Source of the DNA: an uncultured Clostridia bacterium
GTDB lineage: Bacteria; Bacillota; Clostridia; Christensenellales; UBA3700
DNA: 64,000 bases
Assembly: GCA_947037025.1 (NCBI GenBank)
Contig: CAMQSU010000005.1
Location: 6,353 to 70,352 of the forward strand
Direction: 5' to 3'
Part shown: piece by piece, positions 39,004 to 48,581 of the stretch
Numbering within the stretch: the first letter of the stretch is position 1
How the letters are laid out: the number at the start of each line of letters is the position of its first letter
Notes under the pieces: generated by a model
Seen by the model: only the letters and a program-made list of their open reading frames with translations
What the model was told of the DNA's origin: nothing
Database searches by the model: none
Made by a program: the position numbers and the translations under genes

Positions 39004-39717
39004 ATGGGTAATAAGGAGTTTGTCTACGCATGCACATTACGCACATTCGGACTAAGCCTAGATAGATTTAATGTGATTTGTATCGGGCTTGCAAGTGACG
39101 ATATCTCAATTAAGTTTGAGGAAACTGACTTAGTAGGCAGGATATTTATATCAAAATCAACAGTAGATAGTATAGCACTAGAGGATGTTCTTGCAAAGAT
39201 AACATTAAGATTAGAAGATTATATTTTTGCAGATAGTGACAAGGATTTAAGTAAATGCCTAGTCGCAGCTTTAAAGCGAGAGAGTGACATGGTCGCAGTT
39301 GCAGAGTCGATAACGGGCGGATTAATTTGCTCAAACATATGCAACATAAGCGGAGCTAGCGATGTTTTTTATGAAGGTATTATCAGCTACAACAGCGGCG
39401 CTAAATTAAGGCGATTGCATGTGCCAGCAACTGTTATAGATGAGTATACATCCGTATCAAGCCAAACATGCGAGGCAATGCTAAAAGGGTTGCTAGCAAA
39501 CAAAGAGGTGAAGTACGGCATGGCAACAACAGGCTATGCAGATCACAAAGATTCTACTAAAGAGGGTGTGGCATTCATAGGCTATGGGTCAATTAACGAC
39601 ATGAAAATTGATAAAGTTGAGTATGAAGGAACACGCAACAGCATACGTGCAAAAGTTGCTAACCATACAATGTTTAAGTTACTAAAATTGATAGAATTCA
39701 ATACGAGAAATTATTGA
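39004..39717 (+). CDS. cinA: CinA-family protein, PncC (NMN amidohydrolase) domain only
   Basis: The block AVAESITGGLI....N.SGASDVF..GI.SY matches the CinA C-terminal domain. At 237 aa the product lacks the N-terminal MoCF-type domain. An AAGGAG RBS is present. Confidence 0.8.
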   Translation: MGNKEFVYACTLRTFGLSLDRFNVICIGLASDDISIKFEETDLVGRIFISKSTVDSIALEDVLAKITLRLEDYIFADSDKDLSKCLVAALKRESDMVAVAESITGGLICSNICNISGASDVFYEGIISYNSGAKLRRLHVPATVIDEYTSVSSQTCEAMLKGLLANKEVKYGMATTGYADHKDSTKEGVAFIGYGSINDMKIDKVEYEGTRNSIRAKVANHTMFKLLKLIEFNTRNY

Positions 39718-39734
39718 AATCATAAGGAGAAATT

Positions 39735-40772
39735 ATGGCAGAGAAAAAATCTAAGGTGATGAATATCCCTACAAATGATGAGGAAAAAGTAAAATTTATT
39801 GACGATGCGATCAAAAAAATTACTGAGGTATACGGACAAGGCAGCATAATGAAGCTTGGCGAGAATGACGTAGTACCAATAGATGTTATCCCTACTGATT
39901 GCTTAACACTTGATGTAGCGCTAGGAGTTGGCGGCTTGCCACGCGGTAGAATAGTTGAAGTATATGGCCCAGAGTCATCAGGTAAAACTACTGTTGCATT
40001 GCACGTAGTAGCATCAGCACAAAAGCGAGGCGGAACTTGCGCATTTATAGATGCCGAGCATGCATTAGACCCAGTTTATGCGGAAAATCTAGGTGTTAAC
40101 ATTAAGGATTTATATGTATCACAGCCAGATAATGGTGAGCAAGCACTAAGCATTTGTGAAACATTAGTAAGATCAGGAAGTATGGATGTTATCGTTATTG
40201 ACTCTGTTGCAGCACTAACTCCAAAGGCGGAGATTGATGGTGAAATGGGCGAGGCAGTAGTCGGATTACAAGCAAGACTAATGTCGCAAGCATTAAGAAA
40301 ACTTACAGGAATTATCAACAAATCAAGAACGGTTGTTATATTTATCAATCAGCTTAGAGAAAAAATTGGTGTTATGTACGGAAGTCCAGAGGTTACTGCA
40401 GGAGGAAAAGCGCTTAAATTTTACTCTAGTGTCAGGATTGATGTCAGAAGGGGTGAGGCGCTTAAAGTCGGCAGTGATGATATCAGAGGTAACAAAACAA
40501 AAGCTAAAATTGTTAAAAACAAGCTAGCGCCACCATTCAGGGTTGCGGAGTTTGAAATTATATACGGAAAGGGTATTTCTAAAAACGGCTGCCTTGTAGA
40601 TGTTGCAAGTGATAACAAGATTATTGTCAAAAGCGGATCATGGTATAGCTATATGGATAACAAAATCGGTCAAGGAAAAGAGCGAGTTGTTGAGTACTTA
40701 GATAAGAACCCTGACATATCAACAGAGATATATGATAAGGTTATGGCGGAAATAAAGAACAAAGACAAGTAA
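39735..40772 (+). CDS. recA: recombinase RecA
   Basis: [16 protein letters not shown]alker [19 protein letters not shown] and [25 protein letters not shown] are all present. Confidence 0.97.
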   Translation: MAEKKSKVMNIPTNDEEKVKFIDDAIKKITEVYGQGSIMKLGENDVVPIDVIPTDCLTLDVALGVGGLPRGRIVEVYGPESSGKTTVALHVVASAQKRGGTCAFIDAEHALDPVYAENLGVNIKDLYVSQPDNGEQALSICETLVRSGSMDVIVIDSVAALTPKAEIDGEMGEAVVGLQARLMSQALRKLTGIINKSRTVVIFINQLREKIGVMYGSPEVTAGGKALKFYSSVRIDVRRGEALKVGSDDIRGNKTKAKIVKNKLAPPFRVAEFEIIYGKGISKNGCLVDVASDNKIIVKSGSWYSYMDNKIGQGKERVVEYLDKNPDISTEIYDKVMAEIKNKDK

Positions 40773-40931
40773 TATCAAGCATACTTGTAAATTTAATCAA
40801 TTAAATTTACTAAATGCATTGACAATAAGACAATTTTAAAGTATTATTATTATGTAGGATAATGAAAAGTATGCGAACGGGACGTTATTCTGCATTATTA
40901 TATTAAATTTAGAAATTATAGGAGGTATCAA

Positions 40932-42545
40932 ATGTTAAGCAGAAATGTTATTGATACTTTGCTTGGTAATGTAAGTGCTGGTATAGTGGCAGTTATAGTT
41001 GTTGTGTCCGTGCTAATAGCAGTAGCTATTGCAGTAGGAGTGACTATATTTTTTATTCGTAGAAGCTATGCGCAAAAAGTCGGCAATGCGAAAGTTGCAG
41101 CAGACAAAATAGTAGAAGACGGTAAATCGGAAGCTAAAGCACTTAGAAAAGAAGCATTACAGGAAGCAAAGGAAGAACAACGCAGAATGCGTAACGAGTT
41201 TGAGAGAGAATCCAAGGAAAGGCGTGGAGAAATCCAAAAAGCGGAGGAGCGCGTTTTACAAAGAGACGAGCTACTTACAAAGAAAGAAACTTTACTCGAC
41301 AAGAAAATGGACTCATCTGATGAGTACAAAAAATCTTTAGAGGAAAAGGAAAAACTAATCGATAAACAGCAGGAAGACCTAAAAGAATCTCATAACAGAA
41401 TTTTATCTGAGCTTGAGAGAGTTGCGGGAATGTCTACTGAGCAAGCGAAAGCACAGCTTATCGAGGAGTTGCTAGTAACAGTCAGAAAAGATGCAGGCGT
41501 TATGGCTAAAGAAATTGAAAACACTGCAAAAGAAGAAGCGGAGAAAAAGGCGAAGAATATTATTGGCGCAGCAATACAGAAATGTGCAGCTGACCATGCA
41601 GCCGAGGTTACGGTATCAATCGTAACGCTTCCGAATGACGAAATGAAAGGAAGACTTATCGGTAGAGTGGGTCGAAATATCAGAGCACTTGAAAATGCTA
41701 CAGGTATCGATTTAATTATTGATGATACACCAGATATCGTTACATTGTCAGGATTTGACCCAATGCGTCGTGAGATAGCAAAGCAGACAATCGAAAGACT
41801 TGTATCAGATGGTCGTATCCACCCAGCACGTATTGAAGAAACTGTTGAGAAAGTTCGTCGTGAGTTAGATGTTCAGATAAAAGAAACTGGCGAGAATGCA
41901 GCATTTGATGCAAATGTACATGGGGTGCACCCAGAGTTACTAAAAATATTAGGTAAGTTAAAATTCCGTACAAGCTACGGACAAAATGTACTTAATCACT
42001 CACTAGAGGTATCTTACCTTGCAGGAGTAATAGCAGCGGAACTTGGTGCAGATGTTAAAGTCGCAAAACGAGCAGGACTACTTCACGATATAGGAAAAGC
42101 TGTCGATCATGAGGTCGAGGGTACACATATCCAGATCGGTGTAGACTTAGCTAAAAAGTATAAAGAAAATCGTGCAGTAATTCACGCAATCGAGGCTCAT
42201 CATAACGACGTGCAGCCTGAGACTTTAGAGGCTGTAATAGTGCAGGCAGCCGATTCTATTTCTGGTGCAAGACCAGGAGCTAGAAGAGAATCACTAGAAA
42301 ATTACGTTAAACGCTTAGAAAAATTGGAAGGTCTAGCAAACTCGTTCGCAGGAGTAGAGCAATCATATGCAATTCAAGCAGGTAGAGAGATAAGAGTAAT
42401 AGTTAAACCAGAACAGGTTGACGATGGCTCAACAATCTTCCTAGCTAAAGAAATAGCAGAAAAAGTTGAGGCGGAGCTTGAGTATCCGGGTCAAATTAAG
42501 ATTAGTGTTATCCGTGAGACACGTAGTGTTGATTACGCTAAGTAA
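40932..42545 (+). CDS. rny: ribonuclease Y
   Basis: The product has an N-terminal TM helix, a coiled-coil region, a KH domain ([11 protein letters not shown]) and an HD domain (LLHDIGKA...HH). Confidence 0.95.
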   Translation: MLSRNVIDTLLGNVSAGIVAVIVVVSVLIAVAIAVGVTIFFIRRSYAQKVGNAKVAADKIVEDGKSEAKALRKEALQEAKEEQRRMRNEFERESKERRGEIQKAEERVLQRDELLTKKETLLDKKMDSSDEYKKSLEEKEKLIDKQQEDLKESHNRILSELERVAGMSTEQAKAQLIEELLVTVRKDAGVMAKEIENTAKEEAEKKAKNIIGAAIQKCAADHAAEVTVSIVTLPNDEMKGRLIGRVGRNIRALENATGIDLIIDDTPDIVTLSGFDPMRREIAKQTIERLVSDGRIHPARIEETVEKVRRELDVQIKETGENAAFDANVHGVHPELLKILGKLKFRTSYGQNVLNHSLEVSYLAGVIAAELGADVKVAKRAGLLHDIGKAVDHEVEGTHIQIGVDLAKKYKENRAVIHAIEAHHNDVQPETLEAVIVQAADSISGARPGARRESLENYVKRLEKLEGLANSFAGVEQSYAIQAGREIRVIVKPEQVDDGSTIFLAKEIAEKVEAELEYPGQIKISVIRETRSVDYAK

Positions 42546-42608
42546 TAGTATTACTTAGATAATTAATTATACAAATCATGAATTTTCAATTAATTAAATA
42601 TATTAAAT

Positions 42609-42641
42609 ATAGCCGCAAGCTTACTAGCGGCTATTTTTTTA
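42609..42641 (+). terminator. rho-independent terminator after rny
   Basis: Stem atagccgc (42609-42616) / gcggctat (42627-42634) followed by a T7 run. Confidence 0.85.
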
Positions 42642-42947
42642 TGAAAATTTTATTGTAAAAATGAGGATGTAATCGGTTTTAGCAAACAATATCATATATA
42701 TGTATGGCAGTTTTAACTGCAATTTGGGGTATATTTGATGCATTCCGTGCTAGTTATTGATAAATAAAGATGAATTATTAAATGGATATGCTAAGTGTTA
42801 CCAAGTATACATGTTAACTCTTTGCAGTTGCGTGGAAGATAGTTTTGCTAATATCCCCAAATATATGTTAGTCGGCAAAGCAAAGACATTCACAAAAAGC
42901 CAGTCGCTACATATTTGCAAATAATATATGTTATTGTCGCAAAATGT

Positions 42948-43146
42948 ATATCCACTTTGTGTGCTTTATCATTCAATTGTAATCCACATGATGTGGATTA
43001 TATGCACATATAAGCAGATATTACGGCAAATTAAAGCAATTATCCACAATATGATGATATTGCAAAGAGTTATATCCACAAATTGAGGATTTTTATTTTT
43101 CTGTATTATGATGGAGTATACAGTATATCCACAATATGTGGATATA
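42948..43146. promoter_or_regulatory. cluster of DnaA-box-like sites (TTATCCACA family)
   Basis: The sites are 42948-56 atatccact, 42980-88 taatccaca, 42992-43000 tgtggatta, 43040-48 ttatccaca (a perfect match), 43072-80 atatccaca, 43125-33 atatccaca and 43137-45 tgtggatat. Two pairs form 9-3-9 palindromes. Confidence 0.6.
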
Positions 43147-43202
43147 CTTTTGCATATTGCTTAATATTAACAATATGGCGTTTTACCTGAGTGCTATATA
43201 TA

Positions 43203-43231
43203 TTGACTAATTATATTATATAGTGTATAAT
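43203..43231 (+). promoter_or_regulatory. consensus sigma-A promoter abutting the rarA start codon
   Basis: TTGACT (43203-43208), 17-nt spacer ending in TAGTG, TATAAT (43226-43231). The in-frame ATG at 43238 begins 7 nt after the -10. Confidence 0.6.
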
Positions 43232-43237
43232 TATGTC

Positions 43238-44536
43238 ATGGATGATTTATTTGATGTAATGGGCAATAGTAGTAGGCTTGCACCGCTAGCGGAGAGAATG
43301 CGACCTAATAGTATAGATGACTTTGTAGGTCAGTCGCATATAGTTGGTGTAGGCAAATTGCTTAGGCGGGCTATAGCAACTGATAGTTTGGGCAGCTGTA
43401 TTTTTTATGGTAGACCGGGATGCGGCAAAACTACACTAGCTAATATAATAGCTAATACAACGCAGTCAAGTTTTGTTAAGATAAACGCTGTATCATCAGG
43501 AGTAGCTGACGCTAAAAAGATTATAGAGGAAGCAAAAGATAGACTAAAGATGTATGGTAAAAAGACATATTTGTTACTTGACGAGTGTCACAGATGGAAT
43601 AAGGCGCAATCTGATTGTGTCCTATCTGCAATTGAGGAAGGATATATTATATTTATCGGTTCAACAACGGAGAACCCTTTTATTTCTATGACAAAAGCGA
43701 TAGTATCAAGGTGTAGAATATTCGAGTTCAAAAATCTAGGTGATGAGGATATCCGCATAGCACTTGATCGTGCACTTGCCGACAACAAAAACGGATTAGG
43801 CAATTACGATGTTCAGATAGATGATAAGGCGATGTCGCACTTTATATGGGCAGCTGATGGCGACCTTAGGACGGCATATAATGCACTTGAGCTTGCAGTA
43901 TTATCAACAAAGCCAAACCAAGACGGATTAATTCATGTGACAACGTTAATTTCGGAGGAGTCTATTCAAAAGAAGTCTCTATCAATTGACGAGTCAATGT
44001 ATTACGATATGCTAAGTGCTTTTTGCAAAAGCCTAAGGGGTAGCGACTCTGACGGCGCGCTTTATTGGTCAACAAGGTTGATTGATGCGGGCTGTGACCC
44101 AATGCTAATATGTCGCAGGCTGTTAGTTCATAGTGCAGAAGATGTAGGCATGGCTGACCCAAATGCACAATTAATGGCAACTTCTGCGATGTTTGCAATG
44201 AAGAATATAGGAATGCCAGAAGGTAGAATCCCTCTTGCAAATTCAATAATTTATGTATGCGAAGCTAGCAAATCTAACAGTGTATACATGGCAATATCTG
44301 CAGCACAAGAAGCGGTTAGTAATGTTAAAGATGATGTTGTGCCGTTGCACCTTCGTGATGTAAATTACAAGGTGGAGCAAGTTAAAGGATACAAATATCC
44401 ACATGACTTTGGCGGATATGTTGTGCAAGATTATTTGCCTGATAAGCTAAATGGAGTGACGTTTTACAAACCATTAAACAATGGATATGAGAGTAAATTA
44501 ATTAGAGCAAAAGAAATAAAAGCAAACAAAGGCTAA
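43238..44536 (+). CDS. rarA: replication-associated recombination protein A (RarA/MgsA AAA+ ATPase)
   Basis: LAERMRP...DDFVGQ.H, Walker A GRPGCGKTTLA, LLDECHRWNK and C-terminal blocks GSDSDGALYW, VGMADP and YKYPHD are present. I set the start at the ATG at 43238 rather than the GTG at 43223. Confidence 0.9.
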   Translation: MDDLFDVMGNSSRLAPLAERMRPNSIDDFVGQSHIVGVGKLLRRAIATDSLGSCIFYGRPGCGKTTLANIIANTTQSSFVKINAVSSGVADAKKIIEEAKDRLKMYGKKTYLLLDECHRWNKAQSDCVLSAIEEGYIIFIGSTTENPFISMTKAIVSRCRIFEFKNLGDEDIRIALDRALADNKNGLGNYDVQIDDKAMSHFIWAADGDLRTAYNALELAVLSTKPNQDGLIHVTTLISEESIQKKSLSIDESMYYDMLSAFCKSLRGSDSDGALYWSTRLIDAGCDPMLICRRLLVHSAEDVGMADPNAQLMATSAMFAMKNIGMPEGRIPLANSIIYVCEASKSNSVYMAISAAQEAVSNVKDDVVPLHLRDVNYKVEQVKGYKYPHDFGGYVVQDYLPDKLNGVTFYKPLNNGYESKLIRAKEIKANKG

Positions 44537-44585
44537 GTTGCGAAAAAATTGTTGCAAATTACTTGTAACAATATAGGAGATATCT

Positions 44586-45500
44586 ATGTTTGAGATAAGA
44601 GGCTTAACAAAACAATATCGTGGATCTACAGTATGTGCGGTAGATAATTTGAATTTAATTTTAAATGCAGGCGAAGTTGTAGGGTTTTTAGGTGCGAACG
44701 GAGCAGGAAAAACTACTGCAATAAAGTGTGCAACAGGAGTATTGCCGTTTGCAGAAGGTGACATAATTATTGACGGAATTAGCATAGTTAAAGACCCTGT
44801 CGAGGCAAAAAAAAGAATAGGATATGTAGCGGATAATTATGCCGTATATGACAAGCTTACAGGTAGACAGTATATAAACTTTTTATCCGACGTGTACGAT
44901 GTCGGCTTAGATGATAGGACGGCAAGGCTTGATAATTTTGCAAAGAGATTTGATCTAACTGATAAACTAGACAATCCAATCAAGTCATATTCACACGGAA
45001 TGAAACAAAAAATTTCAATAATTGGTGCGCTAATCCATAACCCTAAAGTCTGGATCCTTGACGAGCCATTAACGGGACTTGACCCACAATCCGCTCACGA
45101 GTTAAAGATGCTAATGCGAGAGCATTGCGAGAAGGGAAATGTAGTGTTTTTCTCATCACATATATTAGAAGTTGTGGAAAAGTTATGTGATAGAGTAGCC
45201 ATTGTTAAGGGCGGAAAATTAGTTGCAGTATTTGATATTGACGAGATGAAGGAAAGGAAAAACGACATAAGTCTAGAGGACTTCTTCCTAGAGATTGTCG
45301 GCAAAGATTCGGATAATGAGCTGCAGCTTAATGAAGGCGAAACAGTAAACGATAATTCAGATATATCAATCGATGCAACATGTGATAACAATGAGAAAGA
45401 TTTATCAACAGCTACAATATATATTGACGAAGCAGAGGATAAAAGTGTTGAAATAAGTTCTGATAATGCAGATAATTCTAGCGATGAGCTATCGATGTAG
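44586..45500 (+). CDS. ABC transporter ATP-binding protein (ABC-2 type) with acidic C-terminal tail
   Basis: Walker A GANGAGKTT, signature-like YSHGMKQK, and Walker B WILDEP are present. An AGGAG RBS is present. The last roughly 65 residues are D/E/N/S-rich. Confidence 0.9.
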   Translation: MFEIRGLTKQYRGSTVCAVDNLNLILNAGEVVGFLGANGAGKTTAIKCATGVLPFAEGDIIIDGISIVKDPVEAKKRIGYVADNYAVYDKLTGRQYINFLSDVYDVGLDDRTARLDNFAKRFDLTDKLDNPIKSYSHGMKQKISIIGALIHNPKVWILDEPLTGLDPQSAHELKMLMREHCEKGNVVFFSSHILEVVEKLCDRVAIVKGGKLVAVFDIDEMKERKNDISLEDFFLEIVGKDSDNELQLNEGETVNDNSDISIDATCDNNEKDLSTATIYIDEAEDKSVEISSDNADNSSDELSM

Positions 45501-45513
45501 TTAAGGGGGGAAT

Positions 45514-47148
45514 GTGAATAATTTATCAACCTTAGTGAGGCTAAATGTCAGGATAATGTTAACGCCTAGCAAGCGTAGTACAAAAGGGCGAGAGATGGCA
45601 ATGCGGTTTCTGTGCCTTATAGTATTAATACCAACAGCGATATTTATCGCGCTCGGAATAGTAGTAATTGCTGCAATTGTACCAAACGCACTACCACAGC
45701 TACTTAGCATGGTAATAATGACCGTTCAAGGTATGATTGTTGTATTTGGTGCAGCTCAGTATGTGTCTATGCTTTTCTTCTCAAAAGACTCGGAAATGCT
45801 AATGGCAATGCCAATTAAGCCTCAAACAGTCTTTTTATCAAAATTCATAACTGTATATTTATCCTACTTGCTAGTAGCATTTACATTGCAATTCCCTGCA
45901 ACAATAGCACTAGGGGTGGTATCTGGCGCTGGAGCTGCGTACTATATAATCGGACTATTTGCAGTGCTATTTACGCCGGCAATCCCATTGCTGATAATTT
46001 CAATATTAGCAATTCCGCTAGCATACATAGCAGGGTACTTTAGGCGAAACAACTTAGCCGGAACAATCAGTGCAATAATAGCATTTTCAGTAACATTCGG
46101 CGGGTATTTGTATCTTGTAATGTCGGTTATTCCGGGCGTTATGGGTGCTGGTGCAGTAGATCCTGAATTAATTCTGCAGTCGCTTGACATTGTTTCTAAA
46201 ATAATATATCCTAACTTATTTCTAGCTAGTGCAATGTTAGGTTCGGGCGTTTCAATCGTTACAAACTTAGCGATATATTTAGCAATAATAATATCCGCAT
46301 TTGTGCTAACAACGGCAATGTCAGCCTACCTTTACAAAAATTTATCAACAAGATTTTTGGAAGTTGGAGTGTTAGAAAAAGTTAAAGTTAAAAGCAACGT
46401 TAAAACTTCTTCGGTTGTTGCATTAATAAAGCGTGATGTAAAATGCACGCTAAGTGAAGCGGCTCTATCATTTAATTATTTAATAGGTTTAATCTTTATT
46501 CCAGTCATGGTGATAGTGTCTAATTTGTCAAGTATTACAGGTGAAGTGGAAGTAATAGGCAAGCAAACGTCATTAGTAATAAGCGCGCTGATATCAATAT
46601 TAATGATGACATCAACAAATTATTGGGCGATATTTGCCTACTCGAGAGAGGGTAAAAATATCGGTCTACTAAAGATGATGCCAGTATCAAGTATGGGCAT
46701 AATAAAGTCAAAAACAATCGTATCAGATGCATATAACGCGGTTATAGTTGCGGTATGTGTAATAATATTATTAGCGTTAGGTCTAAACTGGCTAGGGGCG
46801 ATATTATACATGATCTCGGCAATGCTAATTAATATGGGCATAGGATCATTCCAAATGCAGCGAGATTTGAAATCACCAAGACTAAACTGGAATAACTTAA
46901 AAGAGCTGATGCGAAACAATTTATCAAGTCTATTCGGAGTGTTATTTGCATTGCCGATATTACTAGTATCAATAACAACAGTAGTTTTCACAGTAGGAAC
47001 GCTTACAGGCGTGAGCGAGACTAATGTTTCATATTTAATATCAGTTGCAGCATTTGTGCCAGCTTTGATTGCGGGATTAATTTATTTCGCAGTGTTTAGA
47101 TATGGCAAGGCAAAAAAAGCTGCTGAGCTCTATAAAAATATTGAGTAG
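45514..47148 (+). CDS. polytopic membrane protein, putative permease partner of the ABC ATPase
   Basis: A GTG start follows AGGGGGG, 13 nt after the ATPase stop. The 544-aa product has at least 10 hydrophobic spans. No specific family was recognised by eye. Confidence 0.65.
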   Translation: MNNLSTLVRLNVRIMLTPSKRSTKGREMAMRFLCLIVLIPTAIFIALGIVVIAAIVPNALPQLLSMVIMTVQGMIVVFGAAQYVSMLFFSKDSEMLMAMPIKPQTVFLSKFITVYLSYLLVAFTLQFPATIALGVVSGAGAAYYIIGLFAVLFTPAIPLLIISILAIPLAYIAGYFRRNNLAGTISAIIAFSVTFGGYLYLVMSVIPGVMGAGAVDPELILQSLDIVSKIIYPNLFLASAMLGSGVSIVTNLAIYLAIIISAFVLTTAMSAYLYKNLSTRFLEVGVLEKVKVKSNVKTSSVVALIKRDVKCTLSEAALSFNYLIGLIFIPVMVIVSNLSSITGEVEVIGKQTSLVISALISILMMTSTNYWAIFAYSREGKNIGLLKMMPVSSMGIIKSKTIVSDAYNAVIVAVCVIILLALGLNWLGAILYMISAMLINMGIGSFQMQRDLKSPRLNWNNLKELMRNNLSSLFGVLFALPILLVSITTVVFTVGTLTGVSETNVSYLISVAAFVPALIAGLIYFAVFRYGKAKKAAELYKNIE

Positions 47149-47237
47149 AAAACAAAGTTAACAGACAAATAAAGCAATAAATAATCATTTCAATTTAACA
47201 GAATAAACATACTAAAGAAAGTAATAAAGGAGAATTA

Positions 47238-47654
47238 ATGAATAGAGTAATGTCATTAGACTTAGGAGATGTTAGAATAGGCGTGGCAATGAGCGACCTT
47301 TTAAAGATAATTGCAAATGGCTATGAAACATATAAAAAAGTAGGCGGGGACAAGGATATAGCGTATATAACAGCATTAGCAGTGGCTAATGAGGTGGATA
47401 CAATCGTTATAGGATTGCCAATCAACATGGACGGAACGAGCGGAGTTAGAGTAGAGAAAACTTATGCTTTTGCAGACAAATTGCGAGAGCAAACTCAAGC
47501 AAAGATAGTGTTTCAAGATGAGAGATTGACGACAGTCAGTGCGGAGAGAATGCTAATTGAAGGGAATGTTAGACGTGATAAACGCAAGACAGTGATTGAC
47601 AAAATAGCCGCAACAATCATATTACAGCAGTACTTAGATACAGTTAGATTTTAA
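47238..47654 (+). CDS. ruvX: Holliday junction resolvase-like nuclease RuvX (YqgF)
   Basis: The 138-aa product has LDLGDVRIGVAMSD at the N-terminus and DERLTT...A. An AAGGAG RBS is present. Confidence 0.9.
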   Translation: MNRVMSLDLGDVRIGVAMSDLLKIIANGYETYKKVGGDKDIAYITALAVANEVDTIVIGLPINMDGTSGVRVEKTYAFADKLREQTQAKIVFQDERLTTVSAERMLIEGNVRRDKRKTVIDKIAATIILQQYLDTVRF

Positions 47655-47804
47655 CAAACATGCATAAATGTAATAATTATGCGAATAATTAGCAAAAGTG
47701 ATAAGAAATTAAAGTAAAATATATGTTTATATTCAAATTTCTATTGACTTTATTTACTTTTTATAATATCATTATAATATCAAATCAACAGGAGGTCATG
47801 AAAA

Positions 47805-48224
47805 ATGGCAGAGTTAGATCAAGAGATGGAAATGGATGTGGATGTAATCACATTATTAGATATGAACAACAATGATGTTGATTTTTATCATGTAGCAACA
47901 ATAGATTATGAAGATAAATGGTATGTATTTTTACAGCCAGTAAAGCCTATCGATGGAATCGGTGAGGATGAAGTTATTATATATGAGCTAGGACTGGACG
48001 ACGAAGGAGACGATAAGTTTATCCCAATCGAGAATGACGAGCTATTAGATAAGATATTCCAAGAGTATGTAAGCCAATCTGAATCAGATGAAGAGAGTGG
48101 CGACGATTGCGGTTGTGATGACGGCGGATGCGGCGACGGTGGTTGCGGTTGTGGTGACGGCGGCAGCAAAGAAGAAAAGAAATCTTCATGCGGTGGCAAT
48201 TGCGGATGTGGAGATAAGAAGTAA
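47805..48224 (+). CDS. DUF1292 (YrzB-like) protein with Cys/Gly-rich C-terminal tail
   Basis: The N-terminal roughly 95 aa follow the DUF1292 pattern (ITLLD..N..V.FYHVATIDYEDKWYVFLQP...DEVIIYEL......FIPIENDELLDKIFQEY). The position directly after ruvX matches B. subtilis yrrK-yrzB. The tail has 8 Cys in the last 41 aa. Confidence 0.75.
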   Translation: MAELDQEMEMDVDVITLLDMNNNDVDFYHVATIDYEDKWYVFLQPVKPIDGIGEDEVIIYELGLDDEGDDKFIPIENDELLDKIFQEYVSQSESDEESGDDCGCDDGGCGDGGCGCGDGGSKEEKKSSCGGNCGCGDKK

Positions 48225-48278
48225 TTAACAATTTTGTGTAGACAACACTCTACAATAAGGTTGTAATTTCGATAATAA

Positions 48279-48310
48279 AAGGAGCGAGTAGCGATACTCA
48301 CTCCTTTTTG
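48279..48310 (+). terminator. rho-independent terminator
   Basis: Stem aaaggagcgagta / tactcactccttt with one mismatch, followed by tttt. Confidence 0.75.
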
Positions 48311-48581
48311 CATGAAAACAGCAGATTGATTGTGTCCAATCATGTTAAAATCCATATATCAGCAAAAGCAACGTAGAAAATAATAATAATGATAATTTTT
48401 ATAATCTTGAATGATGATATATTAAGGATATAAAAAATTTAATATTATAATAAAATACTTTTAATATTATAATATATATATAGTGGTGGTGAATAAGCAG
48501 TATTACCGCATGATAAAACACTCGTTATTAATTGACAAAAATGCAAAAAAGTGATATTCTTAAAAAGTATATGGAGGCAAG

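Noticed and set aside
42642-42940. Calling the structured non-coding region upstream of rarA a 6S RNA gene.
   Set aside because: I could not find a closing terminal stem, and I cannot verify the central-bubble signature by eye. The synteny argument is weak: as I recall, the B. subtilis 6S-1 gene is near rarA but not adjacent to it. I report the region only as a candidate structured RNA.
42948-43146. Interpreting the DnaA-box cluster as the chromosomal origin (oriC).
   Set aside because: Genes are co-oriented on the + strand for more than 10 kb on both sides, whereas a Firmicutes origin should show a strand switch. No dnaA or dnaN is nearby. I could not find a convincing DnaA-trio/GC-clamp/DUE arrangement next to the boxes. 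I kept it as a secondary DnaA-box cluster. A whole-genome GC-skew analysis is needed to settle the question.
47906-48355. A 149-aa minus-strand ORF (P/S/Q-rich) and the overlapping 70-aa ORF at 48019-48231.
   Set aside because: Both are antisense to the DUF1292 gene and its GC-rich Cys/Gly-coding repeat. They are low-complexity mirror translations with no RBS, and they run through the sense gene's terminator.
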